This document shows, one piece after another, positions 12,135 to 25,400 of a DNA stretch of 64,000 nucleotides (position 1 is the stretch's first letter; every line of letters starts with the position of its first letter). The stretch comes from Balanoglossus misakiensis (taxonomy: Eukaryota > Animalia > Hemichordata). The stretch is taken from NCBI GenBank assembly GCA_040954595.2, contig CM082590.2:9239764-9303763 (forward strand), given 5' to 3'. Made by a program: the position numbers and the translations under genes. The notes below the pieces were generated by a model. It made no database searches. It was not told the DNA's origin and saw only the letters and a list, made by a program, of their open reading frames with translations.

Positions 12135-15100
12135 CAATCACCATCATCATCATCATCATTATCATCATCAACATCATCATCATCATCATGACCACCATCA
12201 TCATCATCATCATCTTAGACAACGAATGACATCATCAGTTGGAAAATGAACAGAATATGTTCACATTATGCTATTGTTCTGAAATGGTAAGATGTACTCT
12301 TATGAAATTGTTCACGTACTTCCACCAGCTCTCATAATGGCAGGCAAAGCAACAGATCCAGTGCTGGCATGTCCAATTTTATTGGTTTGGTGTTGCATGA
12401 TGGTTGCTCTTGCAGGCGAAACGTTATCTTCCAGTAACATGGCATCGTCATCACCTTCCAATCCATACCTGTCGTGTCCCTTTTTCTGCAAACACAACAA
12501 ATAAACAAGTGTCATTGTTATATATATACAACATCATATAAACAGTGATAATCTCAGGGTATTAAATATATAATCATAAACTAGTTTTGTATGTTTCTTT
12601 CTAAGTGAAACATTATTCAGCCATGTATTTGTATATAGTGGATAGTACCACACAGGATTAAAGAATATGCATGGAAAGGTGTGATAAATATGGAAAATTT
12701 ATTCCACTGCCTGCAGTCACTTCATTAGTAAAAGTAGATAATGTAATCACAGATATCCTCCAGGCTTACTATTAAATATTTGCAATTACTAAATCACGAA
12801 AGCAAAAGGTGGGAGTCAAAGTTCGCAACTATAGGTAACGTCAGAGCTTCTGTTGAATGACGGGTGTAGGGAGGTTAATCACTCATTTGTTAAACAGCAG
12901 CTTTTAAATCATGATGTTTGCTTTGTCAAGGCTTTGCGAGTGATGGGAGCAACAGGCCTGTCAACTGCTACTTTAAACAGGATTTCATCATCCAGTGAGG
13001 GCAGTGGTGTTGATATACAGGGGAGACAGGTGTCTATCAGAGAACATTAACCCTTTCAACGCTAGTCAACTTGTCGTCGTAATCTTTCAAAAATCTTTCA
13101 CTCTCATAACTTTTTCAACAATTTTAATCCAATTTTGACTAAGACCCAAAGACAACTTAAAAGTATGTTCACATGGTTTAAAAAAAGGAAAAAAATTAGA
13201 GAGAAACGGTAGAAAAAGTTAAAATTTTGCACCACAGTTTGATGCAGAAAATGTGGCATTCAAATGGTAAGATGTATCGGCTCTGCATCATGTGTGAAGG
13301 AAATCTTGAGTAAAATATCTCTAAAATGAGTCTTCCTGAAAAATCTTAGAAATAAGCTAGCTCACTCAGAATTCCAGGAATTTTAAGAGCTTTTCTGTAT
13401 GTTCATCCAGACTTTCCGAATAAACAGTTGCCAGAATAAAAGAGCATCTTTATCGTGAAATACATCGTTAATGACCGAATTACCTTCTTTGCATTGTATC
13501 CTTATAATATGCAATCTATGACAATGCATCTTTAATGACTTTACCTTTTTCAGAATGATATCAATGTAGCCTGCAATCAAAGCCGAGATCTGTTCTCCTT
13601 CTGTCGTCTGAACGGAATAATACGACTCCGAATAATCGCCGAAATCCAAAGTAAAACTCTTCGGGGAAGCTGCCCATCTTCTCACGCAAGTCAATGGCCA
13701 TGTTTTCAGAATCTACAACAAACAAAACAAACAACATCAAAATAATATTCATACTTGTACCAACCCATCAGTAAAAGATTTACAATTGCAAAAAAAAAAA
13801 GAAAACTTTCACTTCACTAACAGTTGAGAATCAATACAAAAACAAGGACGCTATTTTCTATAAACCAAAAAGACATCTCTTTGCGATTTCTATTTGGACA
13901 AGACTTCCACCACCATTAACAGGCAGTCCCGGCGTCTCCACGATCTGTTTGTGTAATATTCCTGCCAAGCGTATTTCAAATTCCAGGCATCTCCTGATAC
14001 ATCCATGGACACGCCACTCCCGGAAAACAAACACGCATACCATTTCCATCTTCTCTCCCTCTTACCCGAACTATCCATTAAGGCAAGATGTCAATAAACA
14101 TGCCACTTTTCCACCGGAAAACTTTCAGGATAATTACACCTTCACCTATCAGCGCAAAAGTCATTGACTTTGACATATCCATTTTGACTAATGGAAAAAT
14201 TTGATTTTTTTTGTCCGCGTAATAGTCCAATTACACTTAACGTTTACAATAATAACCGATTTCAGAAGTTTATACTTACGCTTTGCTAGACTAGCACTGT
14301 AAAAGACAAACGCGTCGCAATAACTTATAAGATTTCCGCTTTGTAAACTGAGAACTGCTTGAATGATAAAACTTCCAGGGAATAGATTATACTGGGCGAC
14401 ATGACACCCAAATATTTGCAATGGAATAAATCGGAAGTCCAGTTAAAAGGTTTATTCTGTACGTGAATAATGTAGGTGGTACTAACTGCTTTTCTGAAAA
14501 AGGATTGACTTCGATGAGTGAGCTATGTCTTCCTGACTGATCTCCTTTTAATTTTATAAGTCCTTCAATGTTACCTTTTTTACCTATTTTTGTTGTACAG
14601 CAATTGGTTTTGCTTGTTCGAGTTTTGAAAGTTTAAAAGCAAAAATCTGATATCAAACTTGCAAAGGTGTGCCGTTATTTTTTTAAATGGAAAATTAATC
14701 TTGTAAAAATAACAAAAATAAATTTATGTATTAATACAGCACATCTGAGAAAGCCATGGTATTGAATCAAACTACATATCCAATGCTGTCAAAGACTGTG
14801 GTACTGGAAAATTGACAAGGTGAGTGGATAATAATGTCAAAATCCACAAAATTAATCAACAGCCTTTCCGATAATCGGACTCTCAAAGAATTTGCCAAAT
14901 TATGTGACAATCAATCATAACTAGTCAGATATACATCAAGGGTCTGCCACACGGGGCAACCATCAAACTCATAATTTTGAAAATGAAAAAAATTGCATAG
15001 CGAGATTACACCCATGATGCAACAGAAATTTGCATGAACCGTTGAAATTCAAAATGGCCGACAAATTCTGTTTGATATCATTAACTGAGAATGTTACCTT

Positions 15101-18100
15101 TACATAATAATCAAATACATGAACATATTCAGAGGAATGAAACTAATTTTATTAGTAGTTTGAACCTCTCAACTTTCAGCAGAACACAAGAAGGGGCAAC
15201 TGGGCCTTCACGCATCTATAAACGCGACTGGAATGCACAAACAAATAATCATTCATCAAATTCGCCAATTGTGCATTCTAAGTATGGATTGTAATCAAGA
15301 AGGAACTTATCTCACAATTTATCAAACTTCCAACTTTCAACAGAGTCTAATGAATCAAAAGATTGAAAAGATTACTTATAATGCCAAAAGTTGCCAAACA
15401 AGTCATTGAACTCGTGAAAGTTAAATTTTCTCTGAGTGTAATTTTTTTTTTTAAGATAACGATGCAGTGAATGAAATAAGAGAACGCGAAAATTTATACT
15501 CGCGAAACAGTGGCCTCTCTCGATATCACGAAAATTTAAACTCGCGAAAATAAAGTGTTTTACAGTATTCACCAAGACTACATATACATTACAGAAACTG
15601 AATGCCAGATTATACATACAAGGAACTCACACAGCTGATATGACCGATTTGAAGCAGCCATCGAGTGAAATAATCCAGCTATTACTCGTGGGGATTTCAA
15701 AACAGTCACAAGTAAAATGTCATTCACTCAGCCATGCATGGTATCTGATCTTGGGATTTGAATGATATTCCTCATATCTGACCTGGCTATCCCTCAAGAG
15801 GTGCCGCACTGTCCCACTGGAGTCGGTGTACATTGAAGTGTACTGACATGACATGACTGTCTCTCTGCCGGGCAGGATCAGACAGACATGTACCACCTGA
15901 CATTTTGAGAGTACACAAACTTCTATGACTGTTTCTCGCATATAATGTTGGTTATACCATAACCGTGATATCTATCGCTGTTTCATCTGGACATGACTAT
16001 CTCTCTGCCGGGCAGGATCAGACAGACATGTACCATCTGACATTCTGAGTGTACACAAACTTCTATGACTGTTTCTCGCATACAATGTTGGTTATACCAT
16101 AACCGTGATATCTATAGCTATTTCATCTGGACTCAGGGAACATTGAAATGTACTGACATGACATGACTTTGCTGGGCAGGATCAGACAGACATGTACCAT
16201 CTGACATTCTGAGTGTACACATACTTTTACGGCTGTCTCTCGCATAACATATTGTATATACAGTAACTATGATATCTATGGATGTTTCATCTGGACTTGG
16301 TGAACACTGAAATGTACTGACATGAGATGTCTGTCTCTCTGCCGAACAGCATCGAACGAACATGTACCATCTGACATTTTGAGTGTACGCATACTTCTAT
16401 GGCTGTTTCTCGCATATAATGTTGTTTATACCGTAACTGTGAAATTCTCACCTCTTTTGTTCTTTCATCAACTCTGACAATGCTCTCTTTGTTGATTCCG
16501 AGTAAACGAGGCACCAGTTTGTTCTTTCCTTTCATTTTCTCCTGCAAAAAACCAACAGAAAAGAAACGGTTACATTCTAAACAACATTTCCACCAAATGG
16601 TTTGTGAACACTGCCCTCACTGTTCTTGCACCTGTGTGCGTGGCAGATGTTACCATGGCGAAATCAATCTGCAATCAAATTCCTATGGACACATCATTAA
16701 GAGCAGCACAGTCTGGTAGAAGTGTGCCATATTGCCATCAAATATATGTACCATCGGATGTTAATTGTATATTACATACATACAGATGGTGTTGACGCAC
16801 CGACTGACAGACAGACACACATTGCAAAATAAACGAAATCAGAGTAACACACACAATATCACCTACACTCACACACAGAAAAATATTCTCGTGACCTGTG
16901 CTAGCTGACTCTTAGTACAAACATCTGAAAATCTCTATGCAAATCTGCAGATATCGAATAACACAGTTCAGTTCTCCTGAAAAAAACCGACTTATACTCA
17001 ACACTGACAATTTCCATTTGCATCGGTATCCACTAATCCCACTCATGATGCAGCATCAAAAAGACTAAATTGAACGTTACTTCATATCAGCTTAATATGT
17101 AAATTAAATTCTCACGAGTTCAGTTTGACCTATACACAATTCATTAACATGTCCAATGAGATTGACAGCATTTTGAGTTTCAATTATGCATTTGCATTTA
17201 TTCTGTTTAATGTGGAATATTGCTTTTTCTCTTCTGCTTCAGTTCAACCCCGAGATGGCTGAATGAAGATGAATGAATAAAACAAATAAGAAAACAATTT
17301 ATTAACAAGTTTCTTTGTAATCATATGACACTGAATGATTGTACAGTTTCAGCTGCGTAAATTTAAGCTTGACGGATCAGCGAAAATATCGGCAAATGAA
17401 AAATGTCCTGCCAAAATTTTGACACATATTGTCGGCTTGTTAAAATTTCCCACAATTGCTGTTTAATTCTGTATTGAGTATGAAGCAATAACTGATGACA
17501 GTTGATTTTGAACAAAAAAATAACAAAATATCTAGGAGAATTCATGGCACGATAGACGATATTAATGACGTCGGCTGTCACTTACAGGTGTACAATACAA
17601 TGTACTCTGATACTTCCTGAATGCAATATGATATCAGTTAATAATGAACCACCCCACAATGAAAGACCCCGGCTGAAAAAAGCCATCAAGCATTCATTCA
17701 TGTTTACATTACCCCCGGTTGCCTTTTCTTCATTTGTCATCAGCGTTATTAAGTTGATTTCCTTAATACAGATTTAGAATATTACTTTTATTTCAGTCTG
17801 GAGGCGGTTTCTCGAGTGTATAATATTCCTCTGTTGTAGTTGTCAGCGTGATCAATAAGGTACATTAATCAAATAGCGGTATAAATATTAGAAAGACATT
17901 TATCACCTGCCATGGCTGCACCATCAATATATTTGGTACACGCAGGTCAAATGTCCTGAGATTGACTAAAAATTCAAAGATTTTTCATTTGTGATAGAAC
18001 TGCACCAAATAGACCTGTCACGTCCAATACTTTTTGTGGCGGACGACAGAAAAGGGGTCAATAAAATATAGTTTCATATCCTGAAATTGGAGTTGTTTTA

Positions 18101-21100
18101 TCGCCACTTTCGATACATGTTAACTGTGCCGGAAGTCTGTGCTCTTGTCGCAAGGTCATGCTAGTTTCACATCCTCTGGAAGTTTTAGTTTCAGATGTGA
18201 TTCTGTGATTTTTTTTGATAACTAGTTCACAGGTTTTATCAGAATACAGTTTGTCATGGGCAGGCCAACCAGTTTTCTTCTTGTATTTGAAATATTATAA
18301 GCCAGCAACGGGGTACCTGAACAAATCAGAGACACACATTATTTGCTTGGCTAGGGACACATTTGTTCCCCTAGGCAAGCCACCAAAGCCATTACAGCTC
18401 AGGATTATTACCCAAATATTGGGAGTATTAATTTCCAGTGTGCAAACACAGCAAATATTTAATTTTCCACCCCAGAAAATTTAGTCAGCTCAATAAATAT
18501 CAATTACCCCTCCAGCCATAACAATGTTGAAGTGTAATGAAACTTAACATGGCTGTGGAAATGAATTATCATCCAGGCAACACTTGACAAACATCCTCTT
18601 TTAACTGGGTTGTCCATGAAATCATAAAAATACACAAATCCGAGATTTCACCAATCTGAATTAGGTTATCACAGGGGACCTATATAAACACCAACACTGC
18701 CAGAAAATCAAGCAGAAGTTGCAAGTTTGTGACCAATCTGAAGAGAACGTTTCCAACCGGATAATCATGAAAAGGGAAGGAATAAATATTTTTTAAGATG
18801 GCAACATCATGAAGGGTCTGCTTTCATTTACAAAGTAGGGCGATTGAACTGTTTAATTGAGATTGGTAATTGCGATAGTATTCAACTGAATATTTTATTC
18901 CTGGTGGAACATTTTTCATCACTATTGAGGTGAATGATTGTTAAATAATGTATTTGTATCATAAACCCTTTTACTAGAACATTCAAATGGACACCAAACA
19001 TTTTATTCTGAGTCAGTTACATGACATCAGCTGACAGATCTCACCATAATTGGCAGAAATAATTACTTAATTAGTGAGCTATTGAGTGCGAATTAACGAG
19101 TTTACTGGCAGGAATGACACTCAGCAGGAAATGGAGTCTTTCCTCATGGCTCTGATGAAATGTCACTGTAAGTTCTGCTGTCATTCAAAACATCCACACA
19201 TAGTCTAGTCTCAACAGACCCACGATGAATCTGGGATCTTTCACCCCTTGTTTTATGCATTTGGAACAATCCTTGCCACTTTACCAAATGGGCTAATCCA
19301 TTTGGTAGGTAACATGGACCATTCAACAGATGACTATAGAGGACGGCACTGCTGTCCGAACACAAAATGTTTCCATCCACCCCCTACCCACCCATCAGAT
19401 CTCCCCCCTCCCCCCACACACCCTCCCCACTCATAACAATATCCACGCAGAATTTCTCAGGAAATACACAAACACAAAGGTCAATCGCGATTTAAATACA
19501 CATCTCTTACACTCACCAAGAAAATTATTCAATTACCGCAGAACAGGTGTAACGATATAAATTTTGAATAATAAATTACGAGAGAGTTAATTAATACTGA
19601 TTTTGCCATGCGAGCGCATTAATAAGGTTATTCAATTTAGAATATGGAGCGACTGGCAAGTGACATAAAGTCTCCCAGCTGTCATGTATGTTTTTATAGC
19701 CATCTCAAACGCAGTCAACTCCTGCACTCTTGTATGTAATAAAATTTATATAAGCTGGATTATTTTTCTTTTTATGCATCAGTGGTGGGACATTTTTTAA
19801 GGAATGCCCGACTGCATTCTGTGGCTATAGATTCTATGAGTTTGACTTGATTTGCCAGAATAAAAATTAGACACACACCACTGTGTATTATTAAAAATCT
19901 CTTGAAGTACAATTCTCATTTACATAATGAAATAAATGCTACCAAATACTTGACACTACTGGAGGCAAACCTAAAGACACTAAGAATGAGTGAGTTTCTT
20001 TTTCTGCTACAAACATGAGATGTCAAAGTCTTTGCGTCTCACTATTGTAATAATATCATTACTTTGTCAGTCGTCAATCAGACTACATGCAGCTGTCATA
20101 CTTAGGGTCCTTATGCCAACGACCTCGTGGTGAAAATAAATGAGACAAGACTGAAAGTGACACGTTAATATTATTTTAATCACTTTTATCCTATTTCTGA
20201 TAGATTTCATTAGTCTAACATACCATGAGATTATGTAGTCGTGGTGTATATTGCAGAATGCAGAAGATCACCAGAGACTGTTTCATGCGTCAACATTTAT
20301 ATTATTTCATATCCTACAAACGGGATGGAAGTTGTGTGTGGTCGAACGTTGATTCACTGTATATATCCACATGTAGAATAAAACAAACGGTGTCTTGTAG
20401 CAAACATAATTAATGGAAAAAGGGCAGCGAGAGAGAGACTTTGTCCCTTTAACCAAGCTTAGACAAGAACCATCAAAATCTAAGGACAGACACCATAAAT
20501 TTCAGCCACAAGATTAACGACCACTAAAGAGTAATTAGAAATTCACATCACCACGGAAACTGCAGGTGCAAATTGATCCAGAAGCTCATTAATTTTGTAA
20601 TGAATTGTCTATTAATTAAACATCTGAATAGGAAAGGATGTGACAGATACTTTATTAATGAAAAGAACTGTCATCTTTTAACGTGACGTCTGTTATGATG
20701 AGGTCGGGTGGAAAGCTTTCATCCCCCGAACATTAGGCCAAAGTAAGTAAATTCTATGTTTTGAAGAATGTCATGAATAAGGCATTTGCATCTTCTGAAT
20801 ATTAGATGAAGGTCAAGATGAGCACCTGATCCTTTCTCAGGGCATTAAATGTGAAACGATCAAACAACTCACATCTATAGACTCAGGAATTTTATATGAA
20901 GAATGACTCAGAATTTAGTACTTTATTTAAACCTGACTGGAATTCACACAACCAATTAAATTTCCAACCGGTACAGCTCTGTCGTGGGCTGACTTTTGGT
21001 CAACACAGGCTACCAAATTTAGCACCTTAAGATCACAGTTCATCAACATAACACAGACTGGTCCACTTTGAGTCTCTCTCTCTCTCTCATTCACTTTCTC

Positions 21101-21137
21101 TCTCTCTCTCTCTCTCTGTGTCTCTCTCTCTCACTCA

Positions 21138-21172
<35 letters not shown>

Positions 21173-21197
21173 ACTCACTCTCTCTCTCTCTCATTCA

Positions 21198-21232
<35 letters not shown>

Positions 21233-21257
21233 ACTCACTCTCTCTCTCTCTCATTCA

Positions 21258-21288
<31 letters not shown>

Positions 21289-22429
21289 ACACACACACAC
21301 ACAGGGATGTACACACTTGAAAGACATCAGTTCTAAACTTCACTCACCTTGACAAGGAAGAAAGTGATACCATAGGTCTTGAGAGATCGACAGAGTTGTG
21401 TGTATCGCACTTTGGCATCGAGTTCGTTCACTCCTTTCAACTTTCTGTGTTCCTGTGTGTACAAAGTTTTTACAGTTTTCAATGCATCATTGGCTTTCTT
21501 TAACACTTTTCTGAGCACTGATTGGTGCGTGACGATACATTCTTACTGTATGAACAAATCAGTAACTTGCTTTCAAAATTGTATGTCCACTGCCTAGAGG
21601 GGACATTTTGTAATGCTTCATACTATTGGGCACTTGGCTACAACTCGCGATCGACTAACAAATGACAGTGGGTGTTACAAAATAATGAGAATGGCGGGTA
21701 TACTCACTGCAAAGATTCTCTTCTCCACGCCTTTTGTCTTCACATATTCTTTCGGAAGAACAAGCTTCAAACTATCAAAGAGAAAAAAATGTACTCAATC
21801 AAGGATGGTAAATTTGATCGTCATTAACAACATGACTCATTACAACAACTGCAACATGTGTTATGGAAGAGAAACCATTGTAGATTTGGCAGAAGTTCCT
21901 TGAACGAGCTTTGAGCATGTGATCCATCCCCAGGAATGCATCCTAACTACCCCATTCTCCCCCTCCCTCTCTCTCTCCCGCCCTCTCTCTCCCTCTGAGT
22001 CTGTTTCCTTCCCTCCCTCCTCTCTACCACTACCTCTCCCTCTCTACCCCTCCCTCCCACTCAATATCAATCATATATAACTTGTTTCCCAAGCTTTACT
22101 TCAAAGCAGCTAAAAATGAATGAAAGCAAAGACAGAGATATACAACTTACTCAAGAAATCCCGGCTTGTGTTTAGATTCTATATGTTCACCATACTGTAT
22201 CTGACACTGTGTTCCGGCCAATTGGCAGGCTTCATCCAGGGAACAGGGATGGGTTCCATTCAAAATGTTATCACGGCACTAAACATGAACAAGAAAGAAC
22301 TCATTTATTTGGGGATTAAAAATCATAACTATCACATTATATATTTTCATGTACATGTTATTTTGAATATACAATTTAATAACGAACACATGGCAATCAA
22401 TCAATCAATCAATCAAATAAACATGCTTT

Positions 22430-22484
<55 letters not shown>

Positions 22485-25400
22485 TCTCTCTCTGTCTCTG
22501 TCTCTCTCCCTTTCCCCTCCCTCTCTCTGTCTCTCTCTTTGTCTCTCTCTGTCTCCCTCTCTCTCTCATCCTCTCTCTCTCTTTCTCTCTCTCCCCTCCC
22601 TCTCTCTCTCTCTCTGTCTCTCTCTGTCTCTCTCTGTCTCCCTCTCTCTCTCTCATCCTCTCTCTCTCTGTCTCTCTCTGTCTCTCTCTGTCTCTCGATC
22701 TCTCCATTTATTCAAGATGGCAGCTCCCCAACAACCATGCAGTGTGATGCACCTACCTGGACATAGAGCAAGTTGAGCTGTACAGGATCTCTGGAATCAA
22801 CATTCTGATCCGAGTAGAAATACTTTCTTCTGAAGATCAAAGTCTCGCCTTCTTCAACACCTTGCTCTCTCAGAGTTCTCGTGTGATCTAACCAGTTCAC
22901 TGATAAAATAAAACAAGATCATTTTATTTCCAGAACAGAAACTGTCACGGAACGCCCAGAATTTTCCTGTCAGACCGCGACCTCGCAGCGCGACCTCTAC
23001 AAAAAAGAACTCCCGATCTCATGTCTCCTTTCTGTATCTATTTACACAGCCTGGCAATATCGATAACTTCGCCATGACAACATAAAAGGGTGCCTAATTT
23101 GATTTATTGAGTTCCATTAAAAAACCACAAAAAACACATCGCTTGAAACACAAACCCTCCAAAACTAAACTACAATATTTACTCAAGGAATTTTCAGCAT
23201 GGTATCACCATGATTATGAGTTATCCATTACTGTAAAGTCTTTTTTTATTTTTGACACTATACATGCAAACTTCTGATCCAAGGTAACTGTCTAATCACA
23301 TTTTGCAGAAGAGAAACTTAGATTTCATTTACGAGGAAGGATAAAAAAGATTATAAGTAGCTGTAAATGTGGATTAGCTGCTTTTAATTTATCACATAAA
23401 ATGTTATAGAAAGTAGACAGCTTTGATGACTGGTTATTCAGAATATCAGAAACATTAAAGGAACACACTTGGCTCCAATTTACATATCCCCATATATGGA
23501 TGAACCATGCGTCTTGCATCAAAAATGTCCAAAACGACTGCAAAGATGGCGCTTGACTACATCAATGAGTTTATACGTTATGCGTTTGTGCAACTTGTTT
23601 ATAGACAGAGAAGGAAAAACACAATCAAGCGATTAATTTCCCCTTTCTGAAATCACAGGGTAACAATAGCGTAATCAACACACAGTTGATGTAATTACCA
23701 CGAATGTATTTATTCAATGGCGAGGTGCAATCAGCCACTTACTGGGTAAATACTCCAAATAACATTTCAGAGTTACTTAGTTACGAATATTTCATATCGT
23801 GTAATTGAAAAATACAATAGTCTCCATGGTGACTGGTGTGCGGAGTATAATTTCAGCAGGATGCAAAGTGGGAATGAATTTTCAGAAGAAAATGTGGGTT
23901 TCCAAGACCTGAAACTTCATATTATAGATTCAGTGAAAGCTAATTTTTAGCACCACAGCTGCACACAGATTTGACTGACAAAATCTCCAAATTGGATTTT
24001 GATGTAAAGGCTTAGAAATCACTACTTGACCTTCACATCACTATTTCACGGACAAATCTGGTTCATGACCATTTTCATTTAAGTGCATTGTATTTCCATT
24101 TTGGCAGCTAAAATTGTATATTACAAGAATCAGTTTTCTACTCCAAAATCAAGAATAAATGAAATTCTCAGAGACATTACCTCAATAATTACAACCACCA
24201 AATTGCACACGTCAAACACAGATTCACCAAAAAATGCTTTCAAGCATCGGACTTCCATGATAGCATTGCCATGGCGATACTAAATCACTACTTTCACTGA
24301 TGTAGGGATTTATTTAATCAGTGCAACAAAAAAATTTGCTCCATTTGGCAAATGTCAAACAGAGCTAACAAAGAGGTAATTCTATTGGTTGTTATTCCCT
24401 TGACTAGTTTCAAATTAGTTGTGACAGCCACTCAAAGGGGTGCTTTTATGTGCTTGACATGGCGCTGCAGAATGGAAAAGACTAGATTACATCGAACGAT
24501 AGCTTCGTCGCATGAATAGAAAAGAACAACTATGGCAACTTGGACCTGGAGACAGATTTTCAAACACAAACGGTGAAGCACTTTTTCTTATAATAAATGA
24601 TTACACATAAACTATAAAAAGACAACGAAACGAAGTATTTTAGTCCTTCCTAGTCTGACTGACCCATTCCTGCGCACTCAGAGCAATTACATGTAATCTG
24701 ATATAAAGAATGAATCTCATAAGATTCGAGTTTGTCATTGATAACGAAAAAAGAACATAACGACTAATTTCAAAATCCATTGTGTATCAAATAACTGTAA
24801 TTATTGAAAAGCGAAAACAGAACCATGGTAACGCATCACTATATCATCAATTTAACTCTCCTTTCCCTAATGCATTTCACGTTCCCTACAACTCTCCTCC
24901 ACACTATGAATTATGGAAAATCAACTAAAAATAACACATCTACCCGGAAATAGACCTGTCAATCATTTCCCGACAATGTGTGTGGTCCCACTTCAACTGA
25001 TCGCCACAAAATCCTAATTCGATATAAGTTTCAAATTTTGACTGTGGACACAATCGCTATTTGTCTCCTTGAATGCATTTGTGATTGGGATTTGAATAGT
25101 ATACTACTGGGGCAAAAACTCATTTGACTGGATTTCATTGAGGGTTGGGTAAAGCCTGTCTCGGTAGATTCTCCTACAGGCAAGAACCCATCAGAGGAAT
25201 TGTCTGGGTGATAATCCTATTACTGGCCACGAGCACTCCATAGCACAGAACAGTCACAATGCCGTAATGAACGCATGAAATAGGCACTCTGCATGTCTTT
25301 TGAGATTCTGCATTCACGGCTGATAATGCTGTTAATAGACTGTACACAGAGAGGCTAAATATTTGCACACAATTTGCGGCGGGAGATTTTATTCCGCGGC

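Noticed and set aside
11979-12222. Poly-Ser and poly-Met ORFs (also 51173-51422, 21068-21352, 22480-22766)
   Set aside because: These are translations of microsatellites, not genes.
15830-16445. CRISPR-like array
   Set aside because: The units are contiguous without unique spacers and lie in a eukaryotic intron.
23490-23499. CArG boxes (CCATATATGG here; also 25992 and 48596), talin being an SRF target
   Set aside because: A few matches are expected by chance in 64 kb of AT-rich DNA, and none is at the putative promoter.
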